DNA from: Rhodosorus marinus CCMP1338
Taxonomy: Eukaryota; Plantae; Rhodophyta
Assembly: GCA_029953675.1 (NCBI GenBank)
Contig: JAMWBK010000005.1
Location: 744,001 to 808,000 of the forward strand
Length of the DNA stretch: 64,000 bases
Direction of reading: 5' to 3'
The translations under genes and the position numbers were made by a program. Shown in pieces: positions 32,575 to 45,151 of this stretch; the first letter of the stretch is position 1; the number at the start of each line of letters is the position of its first letter. The notes below the pieces were generated by a model. That model searched no databases. It was not told the origin of the DNA and saw only the letters and a program-made list of their open reading frames with translations.

Positions 32575-35500
32575 ATGGGACCTCCGCTGGTACGAACGAG
32601 GTTGGCTGTGCTGGCCTTCCAGGACGTGCTGAGGGAGGATGAAAGTCGAGTGTTGACGAATAATCTGCCTCCAGGAGAGGTGGATCTGCTGATAGACGGT
32701 GATATTGAGTCCATCGCGGTGGGATACGGTTGGTTTTTGCGGAAGCCTCGAGGCGTGATTGTCACAGGGTCCTGGAAAGCTCGCAGTATCTCTGACGGTA
32801 GATCTTTTCGTATTCATCTAGGTCACGCTCTGGTTGCTACTACTGATGGAACCGTTTTCGCCTGGGGGTACGAATCCTGTCCGCGAAGAGCCTGCTGCAT
32901 AGCCTGTTGAGGGTTTTTGACTGACGGAAGGGTTTTTGTTTCATCCACAGGAGAAACGATTCTTTCGGAAAGCTGGGTATTGGCTCAAATGAACCAGTGA
33001 TAGTCCCGCGAAAGCCGCAGAGAGTCCACGGAGAACTGAGCGAGAAGAAGATTGTCATGGTTGCAGCTGGCAGCCATCATAGCCTTGCACTTTCCGATGA
33101 AGGAACAGTCTATGGATGGGGAATGGACGAATTTGGTCAAACAGGTGAGTTGCCGGCGCGTGAGAATCAAGGTCCGATCAACGTGCCTCCTAACGTAAAC
33201 TTTCTGGACGTGCACGAAATGTTCAGGAGTTTCCTCGGTTCGCGCCAGAAACGAACCCCGTGCTATAACTCGAGTTCCACCTCATGTAAAGATGGTGAAG
33301 ATTGACGCTGGGTGGAATCATTCTGCGATGATAGACGAAAACGGAGTTCTGTATACAACGGGAGTGGGGAGAGACGGACAACTCGGTGTCGGTGTAGGTG
33401 AGAATAGGAGTGTACCTAACGCGGTGACATCCTTGAGCGAGAAGGTAACGCCTCATGCCGAGCCTCCCACCGAAAGCATTTCATGTGGCGCCAGACGATT
33501 CACAAGCTGAAGTCTTGCCGACTCGGACACCCATACAGGTTGTTGATGTGAGCTGCGGATACTCGCACACTGCACTTGTGACCGAGTCTCACAAGGTGTA
33601 TTCATTTGGAGTGGACGGACTGAGAGCCATATATATTTCCTACTTCCCGATTCCGCGGAACGTTCAACCACTGAGCGGAATGGGAATAGTGCAAGTAGCG
33701 TCCGGGAACAGTTTCACGCTGTTCCTCAGCGACACCGGCATAGTCTTTGCGGGAGGCCTCAACGACGTTGGACAGCTCGGTCTCGGTGACAAGGAGAGTA
33801 GAAAGCAGCCCGTTCTCGTCTCTGCATTGCTTGACCACTTTGTCGTGAAGGTAGGACACCGAACAAGCTAGCCTCAGATCGCAGAAGAGACCTGACCAGA
33901 TTCCAACTACTTACCGAATTCCGAAAGGTTTCCGCATTTACGCGATACTCGGTTGCGATCACTAGAGAAGGCCTTGCCTTGCATTGGGGAGAAGGAATCC
34001 TTTCTCCAAGGATTCGGATCTCCAGCATTGGCCCCTCACTTGATGGAGAAGCGGGCAACGGAATCCTAGTTGCCAAGGCGAGGGTGGTGGACAAGCTGCA
34101 AAACCACGTGGAGGGAGGCCGCGGAAACGTTTTCGGGACTCCTGGGAACATTGGAAGGGATATGAGCAATTTGATTTCCGATCCGTTTTTGCTGTCTTTT
34201 GCGGATGTTGCTATTCTGCTTGATGATGAGACAATCCCGGCGCACTGGTTTGTCCTTTCCGCGAGATGCAAGGCGCTCCGATCCTGTGAAAGGAGAAGGG
34301 TTTGTTTCCGCCAAAAGCAAGGAAGTATCGGTTCGCAGGAGAGTTACTGACGGCTCGCTGAATACAGGAAATCGATCTCTCGAATACATCGGAGACCGCG
34401 GTTCGGGCGATTCTACAGTTTATTTACAGCAACACATTTCCGCAGTCGCTGACGATAGAGGACGCAAGTAACGTTCAGAATCTTGCCCGTCTACTTGACG
34501 TTGCTGCCGTGGAGTCCTCCTTGGAGGAACTCTTTCCAAATGCAAGAGGAGCACTTCCATTTGCGTACTGCTGTTTTTTGGTATTGCAGACACGGTTTGG
34601 CTGACTTGTAGTGCTTTCTACCGCTCCTTAGGAAGAGTCAAAATGTCCGATTACGTTTGATCCTGGCAGGGAATGCGCAATTTGCTTGATGGAAATGCAC
34701 ACTGAGGATGCGAGCAGGTTGAACTGCGGTCACCTCTTTCATACTCGTTGTGTCGATGAGTGGCTAAAGGTTAAGAGCTTATGCCCCGTTTGCAAAGCGA
34801 GGGTAGAAACTCGTCACCTTTGGACTATGATGCTTGAGGAGGGGGATGAGACGATGATGAGATACTTGCCTTGGATGCATGGAGGGAACTTCCTGGATAG
34901 CCAGCTTGGAATAGATCTAATCCGCTCGCTTGAGATCAAAGGAAGCCCTGACGTTACCATATGCCATGGTAATGGCCCTGCCCGCATAAAGGCACACAAG
35001 GCTGTTCTCGCGGCTCGAAGCAAGAAATTTCGAGAGATTCTGGAGCGGTCGCCTGACGCTGACGTTATATACTTGGATCGAATCTCCAGCCAGTTCATGA
35101 TATCGATTGTAAAGTACATGTACGTCGGGAGTGAAGCGGTTGCTCATTTGCTGAACAACTGGGCAGCAGAGCTTCTGGCCATTGCGGACTCTTTCGGTAT
35201 GAGCGATCTCATGGGGGATTGCGAGAGGTAAGCTATCAATTACATGCAGGATGCGAACCAATCGTCTCTTATCGCTCGTTTTTTGGATGGATTCGTGATT
35301 GACCAGGTACTTGAAGGCGAATCTAGGCATGCGGGACCTCTCCTCGTTGCTGCATTTGGCTTCAAAAGCTCAGGCATATCGATTAAGAATGAGCTGTCTG
35401 GCTCTATTGAATAATCGGGTTAAGAACCACCGAAAGTTTTTGGACTTCGTTGAGGACTCGGTCGAGATCGCTGCCTCAAATCGAAAGACGCGACTGTTTC

Positions 35501-35694
35501 GGCGGTCCCGTGAGCCCGCAAGCGCGGTTCGAAACAGACTCACGATGCTGAAGCAGGCTCTTGACTGCGAGGTTTATACTCTTTCTGACGACGAAGCGAG
35601 AAAGCTGATCAAGTTGGTGAACAGCACCAATTGGGATAGCCTAGCGGAGGGCTGTCAAGGGCAGCCACGGAACCGCTTGCTATTTGGGAGATAG
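32575..35694 (+). CDS. RCC1-repeat / BTB / RING-H2 / BTB-BACK protein (putative E3 ubiquitin ligase)
   Basis: RCC1 repeats (VAAGSHHSLAL, IDAGWNHSA, VSCGYSHTA, VASGNSFTLFL, GQLGLG). BTB1 (FADVAILL..IPAHWFVLSARC; LSNTSETAVRAILQFIY). RING-H2 CAICLMEMHTEDASRLNCGHLFHTRCVDEWLKVKSLCPVC. BTB2 (PDVTI..IKAHKAVLAARS..IVKYMY). BACK-like LLHLASKAQAYRLRMSCL. Confidence 0.8.
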
Positions 35695-36071
35695 AAAGTT
35701 ACCGGGAGATAGAATGGAGGATTCTTCATGGGTGTTGATAGGTTTGGAATCTGGGCTGTTTAATTTGTTAACTATATAGTACATAAGGACGAGTAATTTT
35801 GAGAATAAAAAATCCATTCTACTCTCGTCGTCCTCTGGCGGTGAAGCGCTTCACAGGCTCTAGCCCGAAGCTCGCATGAGCTTAACGAAGACAATCGGCC
35901 ACTAGCGCAGCGAAATTGAAGTGTTGCCGTTGCGCTGATGCGCCACAAGATATCGCTTCATAGCCGCGTCTTACAGCAGTTGCAGCAAGCCGTCAATACG
36001 CGAATGCCGAGCGCATCCTTGAAGGTTCTGGTGTTCACTTACGAGGTCTCCAGAAGAGCGTTCAGGTTCAG

Positions 36072-36895
36072 TCATTGCTCTCGCGGTTCCTCCATCGCTG
36101 CTTCCTTTCGGGCTTTTTCGGCTTTTTCCAACCTTTTGAAGCTTCTGAACGTTACGGAAGCGAGCGGGTGATCATCACCAAAATCCTCCTCGTCTACCGA
36201 CGCGCGTTGACGGTTGAGCCACATTGCCCGTCTCTGGTCTAGCTCGCGTTCCTTCCTCTGCTGCTGTTTTTTGTTGGCCAGGATAATTCTATTTCGCCTC
36301 GATTTTCCTATCGTGGAGAACTCCCATCTGAGGATCTCCTCCAACAATGGATCAGAGAACGGGAAGTTCCTTTCATCCGCCTTGTCCAACTCGCTAAATA
36401 GCTTAACGTATTCCTCATGTTTTCGACAATATTTCTTTGCCTGTCCATACAATCTAATCCGCTCTCCAACAACACCTTTAATCCTAGCCATCGACGTTCT
36501 AACCTAGGCGGGGGACGGAAGATATATATATGAATCAGCTCCGGAGGTAAACCCTATCTTTCAATTTCGCAGGTCCATACCTTCTTGAGTCGGCTACGTC
36601 CTCCCTGCCAAAACTGGCCGTTGGAGTCGCACCACTGTTTCTCGATGTCTAGAACTGTCCTCTCCTTGATTAGTACATACCACAGTTTCTGCAGATCTTC
36701 AGTGGACTTTAATCTTAGCTCAGATGCCGACCAAGGTCTCCCCACAGGTCCAGAACCCGCACCTCCTTGCGGATCCAAGAACTCAAGAACACCCGCCTGC
36801 GAAGAGCTCCATTCCTTTTCGCTCGCCATACCCCGAGCCCCACGCCAACCGAGATCACGAGTTCGGCGCAAAAACCCAAAAAAGTTCTTGATCAT
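36072..36895 (-). CDS. MRPL47: Mitochondrial ribosomal protein uL29m (MRPL47)
   Basis: GRPWSASELRLKSTEDLQKLWYVLIKER...RLKKV | RTSMARIKGVVGER; Arg-rich presequence; one intron. Confidence 0.88.
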
Positions 36896-37250
36896 CGCTC
36901 AGAACCTCACCACGAAGATCAAAAAAAAAAGGTCCTTAACAAACCACACCTCCCGCCAAAGCAAAGCCTGGCTCCGTCAGCTAAGAACTACCCCGCCCCA
37001 ACTACCTCCCCCACAACTCGAAACCACAACGACAACAAAGAGAGTGAATTCGGCTAGAAATTTTAAAGGGATCGAGAACGATCCTGATTAAGCCGTAAAC
37101 AAAAGAGCTATATCCCTCCGTAATCCGCATATATCCCCCTCAATACACCAACCTCATCCGCTTACCACCGAAATCTCCCCCCACACCAACCTCTTCTCTC
37201 CCAACCTCAATCACAAACCACGTCCAACAACGCACTAAAATCCGGGAAAG

Positions 37251-37318
37251 GACAGCTGTCGAGCATTTATATCTATCGACAGCTGTCGTGAAATTTTCAT
37301 TCTCTAAGGACACCTGTC
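37251..37318. promoter_or_regulatory. Three copies of GACA(G/C)CTGTC (E-box core; the two CAGCTG copies are palindromic) in the MRPL47/proteasome beta1 divergent promoter
   Basis: GACAGCTGTC at 37251-37260 and 37278-37287 (together a 12-bp inverted repeat) and GACACCTGTC at 37309-37318. Confidence 0.5.
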
Positions 37319-37772
37319 CAACCTGATTATTGGATTGCTGCTGTCCTATAAAGATGACTAACATATCTCACTAATTTCCAAAGGGGGTGATATGGACTTA
37401 ACATATATTTGATGTAAAATTGAAAACTAATAATAAAAAGCTTAAGTACGTATAATTAATGCAGATTTGATTGGGGGGGGAGGGAAGGGGATTGAAGGTG
37501 ATCGAATTTGTTCGGGTTGAGGCGGTTGGGATGGGGCTTTTTGGTGAATTTTTTTTGGGGTGGATGATGGTGATGGGGTAGAGGGTTAGGGACTGGGATA
37601 AGGAGGGGATGGAGATGCATTGGATTGTGTCGGGAAGAGTTAGGATTCGAGATAAGCTTTGGTTTAGTTGGATCGAGTTATTTGTTAAGACTCTTGTGGA
37701 ATTATCTGTGTTGGATCGGGTTTGTGGTTTTTGCGGTGGGGCGAGGGAGTGAGGGGTGTTAGGGTGAGAACG

Positions 37773-38827
37773 ATGGACGTGATGGAGGCTGGAGGTATGG
37801 ATTGGATGCAGAATGAGCATATGCTCGGGGTAAGTATGCTTGGTTAAAAGGCGTAGTCCTTGGTTTGCGTCCCCGCGGACTGGCGCGCGATCTGTCGTTT
37901 TTAAGCCGATGGTTTTTCCCGTTTTTGAGTTTGTCGTTGAAGTATCCTGTTTGTTTCTTTTCCTGTTCGCAGACGTCGATTATGGCGGTGGTATATGACG
38001 GGGTGATTGCAATGCCCGAAAATGACGGATGCTTCTTTTGCTTGGATGCTGACTATTCGCGTCGATTTTTCTTTCTCTATCAAGGGGGTCGTCCTTGGTG
38101 CAGACAGTAGGACAACCACGGGGTCATACATTGCAAATAGGGTCAGCGATAAGATTTCTCCGATAACGGAAAAGATCTTTTGCTGTCGATCTGGATCAGC
38201 GGCCGACACTCAGGCTATTTCAGACTACGTTAGGTAACGAGATCGGAAAAGGATGTTGACATTATACTAAACTCACCTATTCAACATGCCGGATGTACCT
38301 AACGCACTATGGCCGTTCGATGATGCGCACCAGGTACTATATTTCAATGCATTCTTTGGAGATCGGTGAGGAGCCGAAGGTCGCGACTGTTGGAAAGATG
38401 TTCAGACTAATATGCTATCGAAACAAGGCGAACTTGCTGGCAGGAATTATTTGCGCAGGTTATGATAAGCACGATGGTGGTCAGGTATGTATTAAACGCA
38501 AGTGTGCACCGGGACATTTCAACAGGTTCTTAGTCTTGGTTTGGCTTGCAGGTCTACAATATAACTTTGGGAGGGTCAATTCTGAAGCAGCCCTTCGCGA
38601 TCAGTGGATCTGGAAGCAGCTATATCTATGGATTTTGTGACTCCAATTTCAAAGAAGGTATGGGGAGAGATGAAGCCGAACAGTTTGTGATTCGCGCACT
38701 CGCTCTAGCGATGAGCCGCGACGGGAGTTCAGGAGGTGTCATTCGTACAGTGACAATCAACGAGAGCGGTGTTGACAGAAAGTACTACTCAGGCAAGGAT
38801 ATTCCGGGTTTCTACGAAGGATGGTAA
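37773..38827 (+). CDS. PSMB6: 20S proteasome subunit beta1 (PSMB6/Pre3)
   Basis: HMLG|[10 protein letters not shown]|[47 protein letters not shown] and [13 protein letters not shown]. Confidence 0.95.
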
Positions 38828-39219
38828 ATAGCATGTTGTCTCTTGTAATTCAACGTACGAACCCTAAGCATGGAACTTCTCCGTCGTGCTCTGCGGTGTC
38901 CAGCCCGGTCCCGCGCGGATCGCGTGAAAGATTTTTGCACTTAGAATTTAGAATCTTTGGCTCTAACATTTCTGTTCCCACAAATCGGACCAGCACACCA
39001 TCCGATTGTGCTTTCCAGGGAGAGGGGGAACCAGGGTCTCATCGCATCTCATCATCTGCGTCCAATAGGCAGGCACAATATTCCCGAACTTGTCCACACA
39101 GTTCAATTCGCTCAAAGATCTAAACAACGTGCTTTTTACATTTCGTGAACTCATTCTTACTATTTGTTGTAGGGTACTCGAGTTGAAGAATAATACTATT
39201 TACGTTACAATCACAGTTC

Positions 39220-40198
39220 TTAATGTTGTTCAGGGACCTCCATTAGCCGCTTCCTCATTACATCTTCGCCTCTGAGAGGGATGTACATGCCATCCTTCAA
39301 AACATTTAAAACTGCTTCGTATGTTACGAACAATACCGCGTAGGTTGGTAGGCAACGCAGCAGCGTCATACCGAGCCCACGGAAGAGAAAGCTCGGCCCT
39401 TCTGATTTCAGGGTTCCTCTCAGAAGCTGCACAGTTCCCATCGGCCTTTCTTGCACCTGGATCCTCGTCTTAAGGACATCCATTGGATAGGTAAAAACCC
39501 AGCTCAAGATACCGGCCGCAGCACCGGCGAGAGCTATACCGGTCATACCAGCTTTCTCTTTCATGGAAGGTTTCAGGGACGCGTAGCTCCCAAAAAAGAT
39601 GGCGTTTGCTGGGACTCGTCGGATCGTATTCGCGACCAGTCCTGACGCTAAAGAGCGCAATCCCTCAACTTGCGCAATTCTCCACATGTAAGCCAAGACG
39701 CCATTTCTCGAACCCAAGCTCACTTGCATCCTTCACAGTTTAAACGAAAAGAAATGAGTCCCAAATTACGAGTATCAACGGATTCCAATATGTGAAGCAG
39801 AAAGCCTACCGGACTTTAGCAACTTCGAAGGGGTTTGCGACAAGAGTTTGCGCGAATCCTGCTGCAGCTCCAGACAGGGCACTGACGGTCGCATCAGACT
39901 TGAACCTTTCATCCACTTCAGCTCTCCGCTCAAGATACTTCTTCGTCATTCCAAAACTCCAAAACGTAACACCCAACTGGAACGGGATTATCATCAACTG
40001 TGGTGAGAGACCTCTATAAAATCCAACCACCCCATCCGCTCGCACCAGGTTCCTCATCGAATCAAAAACCGTCGACTGACCCGTTATCGCCTGCAATCGA
40101 ACCCGCACCGTGTCAAAAGGGTGCCCCACAACCACAGCCACCCCACCGCTAATCGAACCCGCGGCGAAGTCATACACCCTAGGCAAACCAGTCGCCAT
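39220..40198 (-). CDS. Mitochondrial carrier (carnitine/acylcarnitine or basic amino acid carrier type)
   Basis: Three Px[DE]xx[KR] signatures: GHPFDTVRVRLQ, ANPFEVAKV and TYPMDVLKTRIQ; GFYRG and LFRGLG. Confidence 0.9.
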
Positions 40199-41149
40199 AA
40201 CAAAAAATGAAACCAACAACACAAAAGTCAAACCTAGACACCCCCGCCAGAAAAAGGAGCTCCACGGACCGAATCCAAAGGGTTTCCTTCCACAGACAAA
40301 ACCAACAGAAGTGGGCGCTATCTAATTAATCTTGCTCTTACCAAGATTTTTCTCTCTTCCCACTCCAGAAAGACCTCCCCACCCATCCTTCCCTCTCTCC
40401 ATTTCACAGAAACTCCTGTAAAAACGTCCATCCTGTGGCCTTCCAATGGACCACATCGCACATGACGAAATAATTGCACCTCCAAAACCAAACATAAAAA
40501 CGTCGTTCTTTTTCTGATTAAAATATTCAAATAATCAATAGAATTAGGTTATCATACCGGTCTTATCCGCACCTTCTAAAGGACCACGAAATCCCATCTT
40601 CAGAAAAGATCTACTAGGATTATACAAATTTATTTATTTATATATTCCAATGAATGAGCTTGGTACGAAAGTATCTAACGCGTGGTGGATTATTATTTGT
40701 TATTTAAGAACTTGATTGAATTAGTATGTGATAATTGGATTTTTATGTTGGGAGTGCGTTTTAGTTTTAGTTTTTCAAGGTTTGATCGGTGCACCGTCGA
40801 GATTTTTTTTTTTTCTTCCGAGCGAGTTTTTTGTCCGCTTGCCCCTGTTTCGGTGGGGAAAATTGAGGGGCTGGTTTTGGCGCTTTAGAGGTAGTATTTT
40901 GATCTGTTTTTCGAAGGGATTCTTTTTGGTCTTGCGGACTTTGGGAGGATTCTGATTTCGGCAGGTTGTGAAGCGATGCTTTTGAGTTTGAAGCCTCCTA
41001 GCAACGCTAACCCCAACTGGCTCATACTAATCTGAAGCATGAGTATTAAACCCAGAAGCACGACTATGATCGGGGTCGACGGCACTCTACTATCAACCCT
41101 GGGAACCTGATTCCGCTCCTGTCTTCCCCGCAACCGTGAGAACTTAACC

Positions 41150-42000
41150 GACTCAAAAGTGTAGGCCGCAGTTGATATGCGGCGAGCGATCGAGACCCGG
41201 TGAATGTAGCGCATGGAACCCTACATGCATCTGTTTCAGCTGGGGATTATCAGAGAGAGAGCGACGTGCTCTTCTCTGTTTGGGATTCCCACAGAGGACT
41301 GTTGAGGCTTGCCTTAGCCTTTTGAGTGCTTTTCCTCCTAGCTGGGCTTAGTCTTCAATTGATAGGACGATTTGGTTCAGGCGCCACTTTGGCCAGTTTC
41401 GTTTTGGGTAGAAATCTTCAATCTGTTGGTGTTGGTGACTTTTCGGACTGCCAGGCTGTGTCCCCAGCACGGCCTCTAGCGTTAGGGCTCTGGCGTGGAG
41501 AATACGAGCCTTTTTGTGTTTATTTTCCGTAGGTCAAGGAGATCGAGGACGATGCGACTCGACGCTAGCGATCTCCAACCACTTTGACCATGCTGAAAGA
41601 ACCTGCTACACCTTCTAAGTTGTATAGTACTGCTCCTCCCGATGCCGAAGAGAATCCGTCCATTGCACCGCTTTGGAGACAGATCTTGCAGCTTGCAACT
41701 TCTTCTAGGCCCTTCTGAGGCACAAAGCGGCTCTAGTCTGAAAGTACTAAGAAGCACGCAAGGAATGCGGATCAACTCATTTTTTCTTCCGAGAAACGTT
41801 TCGTCCTCAAGACGCAGTTTCATGTAGACATTTATTCGGTCGTTGCCTACTAAGCAATGAGAAACTCAAGTGCATTGTCCAGTCAACTGGACCCGGACCA
41901 TTTCTCACACTTAGCTATCCAATTGCTGTAGTAGGCTGGAGAAGAATTGTCGTCAACGACCTCTCGCAAACGCCCAATGCTCTGATCCGCGTTCTATGTG
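41150..42000 (-). mobile_element. Possible highly degraded RLE non-LTR relic
   Basis: RLEP, NGRILFGI, LRKINTK, ALTLEAVLG and HRVSIA appear in the expected order; no clean gene model was found for this gap. Confidence 0.25.
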
Positions 42001-42358
42001 AACTTCTGTCCTGCGTTTTTGAGGTCATCGACCATCAGAATACAAAAGTCTTTAGAGTCTAGTAACACACAAGCTGGATACTTTTGCATCTGCCAAGCTC
42101 ACAACACGTGTCAATGTCAACAGATATCAAAATCAGATATCAAGACTCATAAGCTCGCGCCTTTAACGAGCTCTGGCTTCGTTCTTAGTTCGCTTGAGTA
42201 TTCGGCATGCTTTGGAGTTGACGACCTGGGTCGTGCGAGTTGAAGAGAGCCATCACATGCGATTAGGAACTCTTGGCAGCGGGATCACAAGGCGACTCAC
42301 TGGTTTCATATAGGCCAAGAGTTTTCGCTTGTACGTTCCTTCCTGAAAGGAGAGCAGA

Positions 42359-42838
42359 ATGGATGCGGATCCAAGTTGTGACGATGATCCAACTTTCTTA
42401 GTAACCACCATCCAGCCGATGTTGAAAGGGGCTTTTCGCGGGAAGAAGGTTCGAGGTGAGGGTGGATCTGGGCATTCACGTGCGAGCTACGATATCCTGT
42501 GTCACTAGAGCTAAAGTTTAGAGGCCATTCGTTTCGGATTTTTTTGCGGGTTGGTTTTGTTTTCTTGTCCCTTCCGCTGCAGTGAAGGCTGAAGCGCTCG
42601 AGTTGACCTGCGAGTTCCTTAGGTGTTTAACAATCGGTGAGGTTGAGTGCGAGACAGCACGAGTTCAACGAAGGTTTATGACTAACTACAGCGCTCCCTG
42701 TCCGCTGCTGCTCGTTTGTCCTTGTCTATTTCAGAAGCGGTGCAAAGATCTGCACAGCAAGCGTCGCTGGAAGGGACCAACAACGTGGAACCCAGACATA
42801 TCCAGGCGATCTTGCCTCAGCTCCTGCTCGATTTTTGA
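42359..42838 (+). CDS. CENPX: Centromere protein X (STRA13/MHF2) histone-fold protein
   Basis: Three exons give MDADPSCDDDPTFLVTTIQPMLKGAFRGKKVRVKAEALELTCEFLRCLTIEAVQRSAQQASLEGTNNVEPRHIQAILPQLLLDF*, ending in the typical LPQLLLDF. Confidence 0.9.
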
Positions 42839-42960
42839 AAGATATGAGATTTACTTTGGTACAAGAACCTGACCTGATCCGTTTCGTGGATGCAAATCCT
42901 TGGACTTGCTCAGGGTGCACTTCACTTGGGTAACCCAGACTAACGTTCTGCCATTTCCAA

Positions 42961-43764
42961 CTACTTGGACTTTGCCGCGGCGGCCGCGGCCGCTGGCCCT
43001 GCGCCCCCACGCTGAGGTTTTGCCATCATGTAGTTTCTGAAGAGCTTCGATCCGACAAACGTGACGATCATCACCGCAGACATACCGTACTTTTTCAGGA
43101 ATGAATCTGGCAGCGCAGGAAGAGCCTTTGTTTCAATCGATATAGTTTCGACTGTGCCATCAGAGTGCGTCCGTGTGAGAAATCCGACACCTAAGCTAGT
43201 AATCTGGAAAGTGTAGACTCCAGCATTTGAGCCATCTCGCCATTCACCCTGCGCGTCAGGAGTAAGAAGAGTAAGCTAAGTATGGAGCGATATGCTAGCA
43301 GCCCGTATTTGCAAACTAGTTTGCCTCCCTACCTGTGAGATCCAAGAGCTAGAGGTGGAACTATGAAACTGAAAGCTAAAGATCTTCTGAAAATCGTCCC
43401 CTTCCCTCTCGCTGCTGTTTTCACCCGTTTCTTGAACGGCAACCGTATCTCCGAGGAGCAAATCCCCCTGAAATTCCGATCGGAAGAGCAGCTTTACAGG
43501 ACGCTCACGCCGATTTCCCTCGTCATCTTCACTTACAATGAGCTTCCCCCGAAGTTGTCCGGTGTGATCCTCCTCAAGCGCACTAGAGTAAATCACGAGC
43601 CTCGAAGGAGACCCAACGCCATCACTCATTCCCTTTCCATCGATCGAGTTCGTTCTCAGATCCCAATTCCCAGCCAAAAAGCTCCCGGCGTTACTCACCG
43701 CCTCATCGCAAACAGCACCTCCCACCCACAACAACCCGCACACACTCAACAGGAGAAACTTCAT
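42961..43764 (-). CDS. Signal-peptide, single-pass membrane protein (C-terminus resembles EMC10-like SFLxKY-TM)
   Basis: MKFLLLSVCGLLWVGGAVC signal peptide; one intron; ...DSFLKKYGMSAVMIVTFVGSKLF...AAAAAAAKSK*. Confidence 0.6.
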
Positions 43765-43974
43765 CGTCCCCCCTCTCCAACCCACACCTTCGAAACCAAA
43801 CAGATCGTACAGGCTCCTTAAGCTTTTCCAAAACAAAACAAAAACAGAACTGCCACCATCACCGAGTGAAAACCAGAAACTCTAACACAGTTTCCAAACC
43901 CCCCCCCCACCTTACCACACACCCAACTAACCTCATATAATACTCGAGGAAATGTCAACCGGGACGTCTCGCCT

Positions 43975-44331
43975 TGACTCTGCTTTTCAGAGAATGACAT
44001 CCTAGCGAACGGCTCCTCACATCGAGAAAATCTCTCAATCGTCATTTACAGAGTGAATCGATGGGGTAATCGTTAGAATGGATAACAATCCAGTGGTCCA
44101 GTGGGTCTTTGTTTCGTGATAAGCTGGGACTATATCAGAAGTGAAGAGCGTCACTCCCTGAGTCATGCTGTTTTCAGAGAAAAGACACGGTACGACCCTC
44201 GGCTCCCCCACATCCACAAGATCTCACAGTCGTCATATCAGAAACGAATCGATGCGATGGTCGTTAGAATGGATAACAATACAGTCAGTTTGTTTCGTGA
44301 TAAACTAGAACCAGGTCAGAGGTGAGGAACG
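43975..44331 (+). repeat. Degenerate tandem duplication (two units, offset about 184 nt) of apparent RLE-retroelement origin
   Basis: Shared blocks TTTTCAGAGAA, CGGCTCC.CACATC, GAATCGATG, TCGTTAGAATGGATAACAAT and TTTGTTTCGTGATAA. Translation across unit 2 gives ERHS..YDPRL..KRIDAMVV, and downstream EK..NFPF. Confidence 0.75.
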
Positions 44332-45151
44332 TGCTGCCCGACCGTTTGCCACCAGGAAAAGGTGGAAAGGAACATGGCGTCAGCCGCAGCCACCGTAGAG
44401 AACTTTCCGTTCATCCTACTTCAATCAAATGAGAAACACAATGATTGATCTACATAAGTCAGCATCATTTATTCAATCAATTTGGGAGGTTAAAAGAGAT
44501 TGATCTAGTCAGCAAGTTTCGGGGTTTGGCTGGATGATTTTTTTTTCGCTGCGAAAGATGGGTTTATTTGCTTTTGCTTTCAGGTTCAGCGCGATTCTTA
44601 ATGGCCGCTCGCCGGCAGCGATCGGTATTGTTTCGGAACATGGAACTCGAGTGCGGGTAACTGTAACTACAACCATGTTACCCGACTTCAAAGCCCGGCG
44701 CAACTGAAAGACCACCAGATTAAAATCCGTCCTGTTCGATGCATCCTTGCAAAAATCTCAGGAAGCGGCCACGGAGCAACATCAATGGAATACGGCTCAA
44801 CGTCGAGGTACTGGAAACCCTCCCATTCCGTAGCGGTGCTGTTCTCAAGAAGTCGATGTCGCCAATGCTTGCTGTACTCCGCGTTGAACCCTAGAGTCCG
44901 GACTTAAGGCGAGACGGCCAGGACCTGAGAGCTCCAGATCACTACTGCACGTGCTATGCGGACGAAGGCTCAAGGCTCATTCGTTCAATGAAATTTTGGC
45001 GAATCTTAGAGCGACCGCGGGAAAAGTAGTCAGACAAGTGCACGTGATACAGAAGCTCTCAGTCGCGTCCTCGAAAGCAAACACGCCGGATAAGTGTCCC
45101 TCCAACCGTGGACGAAAAATCATCGCGCTCTCCCGTAAAACCGCTCTGCAG

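Noticed and set aside
9310-37770. Scattered TTAGGG / TTTAGGG words as interstitial telomere repeats
   Set aside because: Only isolated or double copies inside G/T-skewed tracts; no array.
44600-45110. Possible RT relic (VFAFEDA..FAKISLNE*, EGFQYLDV) or small gene on the minus strand
   Set aside because: The resemblance to YLDD / GLxLNxxK / YLG is too degenerate to support without a search.
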